A DNA stretch of 32,000 nt from Candidatus Auribacterota bacterium (GTDB lineage Bacteria > Auribacterota > UBA6266). The notes below the pieces were generated by a model. That model did not search any database, was not told the DNA's origin, and saw only the letters and a list, made by a program, of their open reading frames with translations. The DNA is taken from contig JAGLRQ010000040.1 of assembly GCA_023136205.1 (NCBI GenBank), forward strand, positions 1-32,000, written 5' to 3'. Made by a program: the position numbers and the translations under genes. Positions 29,115 through 32,000 of this stretch are shown here, piece after piece; position 1 is the stretch's first letter; each line of letters begins with the position of its first letter.

Positions 29115-29825
29115 CTATATTTCTTCAAACTGATCTTTTTGCGCGCCGCATACAGGGCATGTCCAGTTTTCAGGAATATCTTCAAAAGCTGTCCCTGGTT
29201 TTATGCTATGCTCCGGGTCTCCCTTTTCCGGATCATAAATGTAGCCGCAAACCATGCATTTAAATTTTTTCATTTTACCTGCCTTTGTTTTGTTATTTGT
29301 TTCTGTTGCTTCAATATATGTTGGAGCGTTTTTCGCGGTTTTACCGCCTTTGATATTATGGTAGTCCGCATAGGTTAAAGGTTTTGCGGCTGAAAGAATA
29401 TCCGCGTTTACTATACCGGCAACGAAGAATATATGGCTGTCTATTTCAATTTCATTTTCGACTTTGCCCTCGAGATAAGAGATACAATGTTCTGTAACTA
29501 CCGGAATATTTGTTTTTTCTGAGATGAAATACTTCGTGCCGGCAAATTTATTTATATCGCGGCCTGTTCTAAAACCAAATTTACCTATAAAGGGCAGGGG
29601 AGTATCATCAGCGAGAACAGATAAAGAAAACTTTTTGCTCTTTTGAAGCATTTCACACGTGAGATTCTTTTTGTTTAGGCAGATTCCGAATTTAAGAGAG
29701 GCAGAAGTAAGCTGACTGCAGACGTTCGCAATTTGCCCGCTTAATTTGCCGTCGAATTCGGTTGAAACGATATACATTCCATAAGATATGCCGCGAAGCG
29801 CTTCTTTTAATTTCATTTTATCCAC
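29115..29825 (-). CDS. Flavin reductase-like domain fused to C-terminal rubredoxin (high-molecular-weight rubredoxin type)
   Basis: 236 aa. It has an N-terminal flavin-reductase-like fold ([10 protein letters not shown]...) and a C-terminal [17 protein letters not shown]...[16 protein letters not shown] (rubredoxin CxxC...CxxC). Confidence 0.88.
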   Translation of the reverse strand: MDKMKLKEALRGISYGMYIVSTEFDGKLSGQIANVCSQLTSASLKFGICLNKKNLTCEMLQKSKKFSLSVLADDTPLPFIGKFGFRTGRDINKFAGTKYFISEKTNIPVVTEHCISYLEGKVENEIEIDSHIFFVAGIVNADILSAAKPLTYADYHNIKGGKTAKNAPTYIEATETNNKTKAGKMKKFKCMVCGYIYDPEKGDPEHSIKPGTAFEDIPENWTCPVCGAQKDQFEEI

Positions 29826-29852
29826 TTATTTTTTTTCGTTTGTTTATAATCT

Positions 29853-31505
29853 CTAAACGGAATATTTAGCAGCTATCGGCATCCGTCTGCCGGTTCCAAA
29901 TGCTTTTGAGGTAACTTTAAGCCCGGGAGCTGATTGCCTGCGCTTGTATTCACTCTTGTTTATCGCGTTAACCACCCATTTTACCGTTTTGAGCGGTATC
30001 CTCTTTGAAGAAATTTCTTTTATTGAGAGATGACGGTCTATGTAGAGTTCGATTATTTTGTCCAGGATCTCATAAGGAGGAAGTGTGTCCTGATCCTTTT
30101 GGTTTGGCCGCAGTTCTGCCGAAGGAACTTTCGTGATTGTCTTTTCAGGGATTATTATTTTATCTTTGTTTATATAATCTGCCAGCTTATACACAAGGGT
30201 TTTTGGGACATCCGAAAGAACGCTTAAACCACCGCTCATGTCGCCGTAAAGCGTGCAATAGCCAACGGCAGCCTCGCTTTTATTTCCCGTTGATAAAACC
30301 ATATAGCCGAATTTGTTCGAAAGTGCCATTAAGATGTTCCCGCGTATTCTTGCCTGTATATTTTCCTCCGCGATATTGGATTTTCTGCCGGCAAATTGTT
30401 TTTTTAGTGATCTCAGATAAGTTGAAAAGAGGTTTTTTATAGGAATTGTCTCAAATTTTATTCCAAGAGTTTTAGATAGCTTTTTTGAATCTTCGATGCT
30501 TCCCATAGAAGAATACCGGGAAGGCATTGTTATTCCAATAACATTTTCTTTTCCCAGGGCATCCTTCGCGATGCAGCAGGTTACTGCTGAGTCAATTCCC
30601 CCCGACAGCCCGAGTATTACCTTTTTAAATCCGCATTTATGAGTATAGTCTTTTAATCCGAGAACGAGCGCGTTATACAGGGATTCAATTTTTTTCTGCG
30701 GCGTATAATTTATTGATTCATTCGAAGCTGTATCAACCGTTTTAATCTTTTCTTCAAAAGAGGGGAGTATGGTGTTAAGATTTCCTCTTTTATCAAAAAA
30801 CATGCTTCTTCCGTCAAATACAAGTTCATCGTTTCCGCCTATCTGATTGACGAAAACAACAGGAATCTTGTACTTTTTAGCATGGTTTGTAAACAGTTTG
30901 CGGCGCAGGCTTTCTTTGCCGATATGAAATGGGGATGCCGATATATTGATTAATAAATCGATACCCTTAGCGGCAAGGAGTTTAACAGGGTCAATGTGGT
31001 ATCTTTCTTTTAACAGCGGGGTATGAATATTCCACGCGTCTTCACATATGGTAATTCCGATTTTGTTTCCTTTGAATTTTACAGGTTTTATTTCTTTGCC
31101 GTGCTGGAAATATCTGGTTTCGTCAAAAACATCGTAAGAGGGGAGCAGCGTTTTATAAGTTTTTGAAATGATTTTTCCCTTATAAAACAGAATGGCAGCA
31201 TTGTGAAGCTTTTTTCCTTTTTTATTATTCGCGGGCAATACGGTTCCTATAAGAATTCCCATGCCGGGATTTTTCCTTGAGATTTGTATTAGTTTTTTCT
31301 CGGCCTGGTTAACTTGTTCCAGGAACCATTTGCTATCAAGGAGGTCCCGTGGAGGATAACCTGTCAGATAAAGTTCAGGGAACACAATAAGGTCGGGATT
31401 TTTAGTTTTACTTATTGTGATTGCCTGTCTGGCTTTTTTTATATTGCCCTTGATATCTCCAACTGTAGGATTAAGCTGTGCAATGGTAATTCTCATAATG
31501 AGCAT
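29853..31505 (-). CDS. nadE: Glutamine-dependent NAD+ synthetase
   Basis: 550 aa. The N-terminal CN-hydrolase domain has VFPELYLTGYPPRD and ITICEDAW. The C-terminal PP-loop is GLSGGIDSAV. The start may instead be ATG 31496 (MRITIAQLNP). Confidence 0.93.
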   Translation of the reverse strand: MLIMRITIAQLNPTVGDIKGNIKKARQAITISKTKNPDLIVFPELYLTGYPPRDLLDSKWFLEQVNQAEKKLIQISRKNPGMGILIGTVLPANNKKGKKLHNAAILFYKGKIISKTYKTLLPSYDVFDETRYFQHGKEIKPVKFKGNKIGITICEDAWNIHTPLLKERYHIDPVKLLAAKGIDLLINISASPFHIGKESLRRKLFTNHAKKYKIPVVFVNQIGGNDELVFDGRSMFFDKRGNLNTILPSFEEKIKTVDTASNESINYTPQKKIESLYNALVLGLKDYTHKCGFKKVILGLSGGIDSAVTCCIAKDALGKENVIGITMPSRYSSMGSIEDSKKLSKTLGIKFETIPIKNLFSTYLRSLKKQFAGRKSNIAEENIQARIRGNILMALSNKFGYMVLSTGNKSEAAVGYCTLYGDMSGGLSVLSDVPKTLVYKLADYINKDKIIIPEKTITKVPSAELRPNQKDQDTLPPYEILDKIIELYIDRHLSIKEISSKRIPLKTVKWVVNAINKSEYKRRQSAPGLKVTSKAFGTGRRMPIAAKYSV

Positions 31506-31568
31506 TTTAAAAAGCGGCTGTGGTTAAGTCAAGCGATAAGATTGCCTTTTAAAAAATCTTGACAAAAG

Positions 31569-31598
31569 TTCTTATTTTTTTGTAACGTAATATCCCTA
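31569..31598 (+). promoter_or_regulatory. Candidate promoter of gdhA
   Basis: TTGACA (31569-31574), 18-nt spacer ending in TG, TAACGT (31593-31598). The -10 is weak. Confidence 0.35.
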
Positions 31599-31610
31599 AT
31601 CGCACAATGG

Positions 31611-31688
31611 TGTGCGGAAATATTTTTTTTATTGAGACAAAGGTGTCCCGGGCCGTAGGGATATCTTTGTCTTTTTTATTGGAAACTT
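31611..31688 (+). promoter_or_regulatory. gdhA leader: dual hexaloop hairpins (ANTAR-target-like) overlapping a strong intrinsic terminator
   Basis: P1 is CGCAC-AAUGGU-GUGCG (31611-31626). P2 is GAC-AAAGGU-GUC (31646-31657). The terminator has 15 consecutive pairs (31645-31659 with 31668-31682, including 2 G-U) and an 8-nt loop, followed by UUUUU. P2 lies entirely within the terminator 5' arm. Confidence 0.6.
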
Positions 31689-31741
31689 ATCCCATACTTA
31701 GCGGCGGGAAGCAGGTAAAAACTCAAAGAGGAGGAAGAGAA

Positions 31742-32000
31742 ATTGAGTTATATCAAAGATGTTTTAAACCTCGTAAAGAGTCGAAATCCCAGCGAGTTGG
31801 AATTTTACCAGGCGGTAGAAGAAGTACTGGAATCACTTGAACCGGTGCTGGAACAACATCCGGAATACCAAAAAGCGAGCATACTCGAGCGTATTGTGGA
31901 ACCTGAGAGGGTTGTAATGTTCCGTGTTCCATGGATGGGAGATAAAGGCCGGTATCATGTAAACAGAGGTTTCAGGATTGAAATGAACAGCGCTATTGGG
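31742..32000 (+). CDS. gdhA: Glutamate dehydrogenase, N-terminal part (3'-truncated by the window edge)
   Basis: TTG start with GAGGAGG 7 nt upstream. It translates LSYIKDVLNLVKSRNPSELEFYQAVEEVLESLEPVLEQHPEYQKASILERIVEPERVVMFRVPWMGDKGRYHVNRGFRIEMNSAIG, the typical GdhA N-terminus. It is absent from the ORF track because no stop falls in the window. Confidence 0.9.

Noticed and set aside
28106-29378. ORFs antisense or alternate to ogg, rbr, sor and hrb (28106-28315 -, 28191-28493 +, 28237-28425 +, 28663-29112 +, 28760-28981 +, 29139-29378 +).
   Set aside because: These are shadows of four motif-verified minus-strand genes.
31607-31840. 77-aa plus-strand ORF (MVCGNIFFIETKVSRAVG...), and ORF 31314-31562 (+).
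   Set aside because: The first covers the gdhA leader hairpins and is out of frame with the clear GdhA N-terminus starting at TTG 31742. The second is antisense to nadE.

Overview
This is a 32-kb chromosomal window from a low-GC, apparently anaerobic bacterium; no rRNA, tRNA or CRISPR array was recognised. It falls into three blocks.

(1) Bases 1-17.5 kb, plus strand:
- the tail of an RND pump
- a phasin-like / UbiB-kinase / patatin-lipase trio
- a large nitrogen-assimilation supercluster: amt-glnK, type III glutamine synthetase glnN, and gltB-gltD followed by an unusual PEP/pyruvate-binding-domain protein and a GAF-ANTAR antiterminator protein

(2) Bases 17.5-27.5 kb, an accessory island rich in short repeats:
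- a two-gene cassette: a Cys-rich 92-aa peptide plus an RRE/radical-SAM/SPASM maturase (candidate undescribed RiPP-like system), flanked by 24-25 nt direct repeats
- an AbiEi/AbiEii-like type IV toxin-antitoxin pair with a palindrome-rich operator
- a decayed IS200/RAYT-like transposase fragment with 90-bp direct repeats
- uncharacterised defence-island-like genes: a 526-aa protein, a class-3 lipase and a 443-aa HEPN-like protein

(3) Bases 27.5-32 kb:
- a minus-strand oxidative-stress cluster (ogg, rubrerythrin, superoxide reductase, flavin-reductase-rubredoxin) plus nadE
- the 5' end of gdhA on the plus strand

The most interesting regulatory signal is in the amt, glnN and gdhA leaders. Each has a CTTGACA promoter followed by short hexaloop hairpins that overlap the 5' arm of strong intrinsic terminators. 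In glnN and gdhA the loops have A at position 1 and G at position 4. This is the published ANTAR RNA target architecture, and it matches the GAF-ANTAR protein encoded at the end of the GOGAT operon. All functional calls rest on motif recognition by eye; no database search was run.
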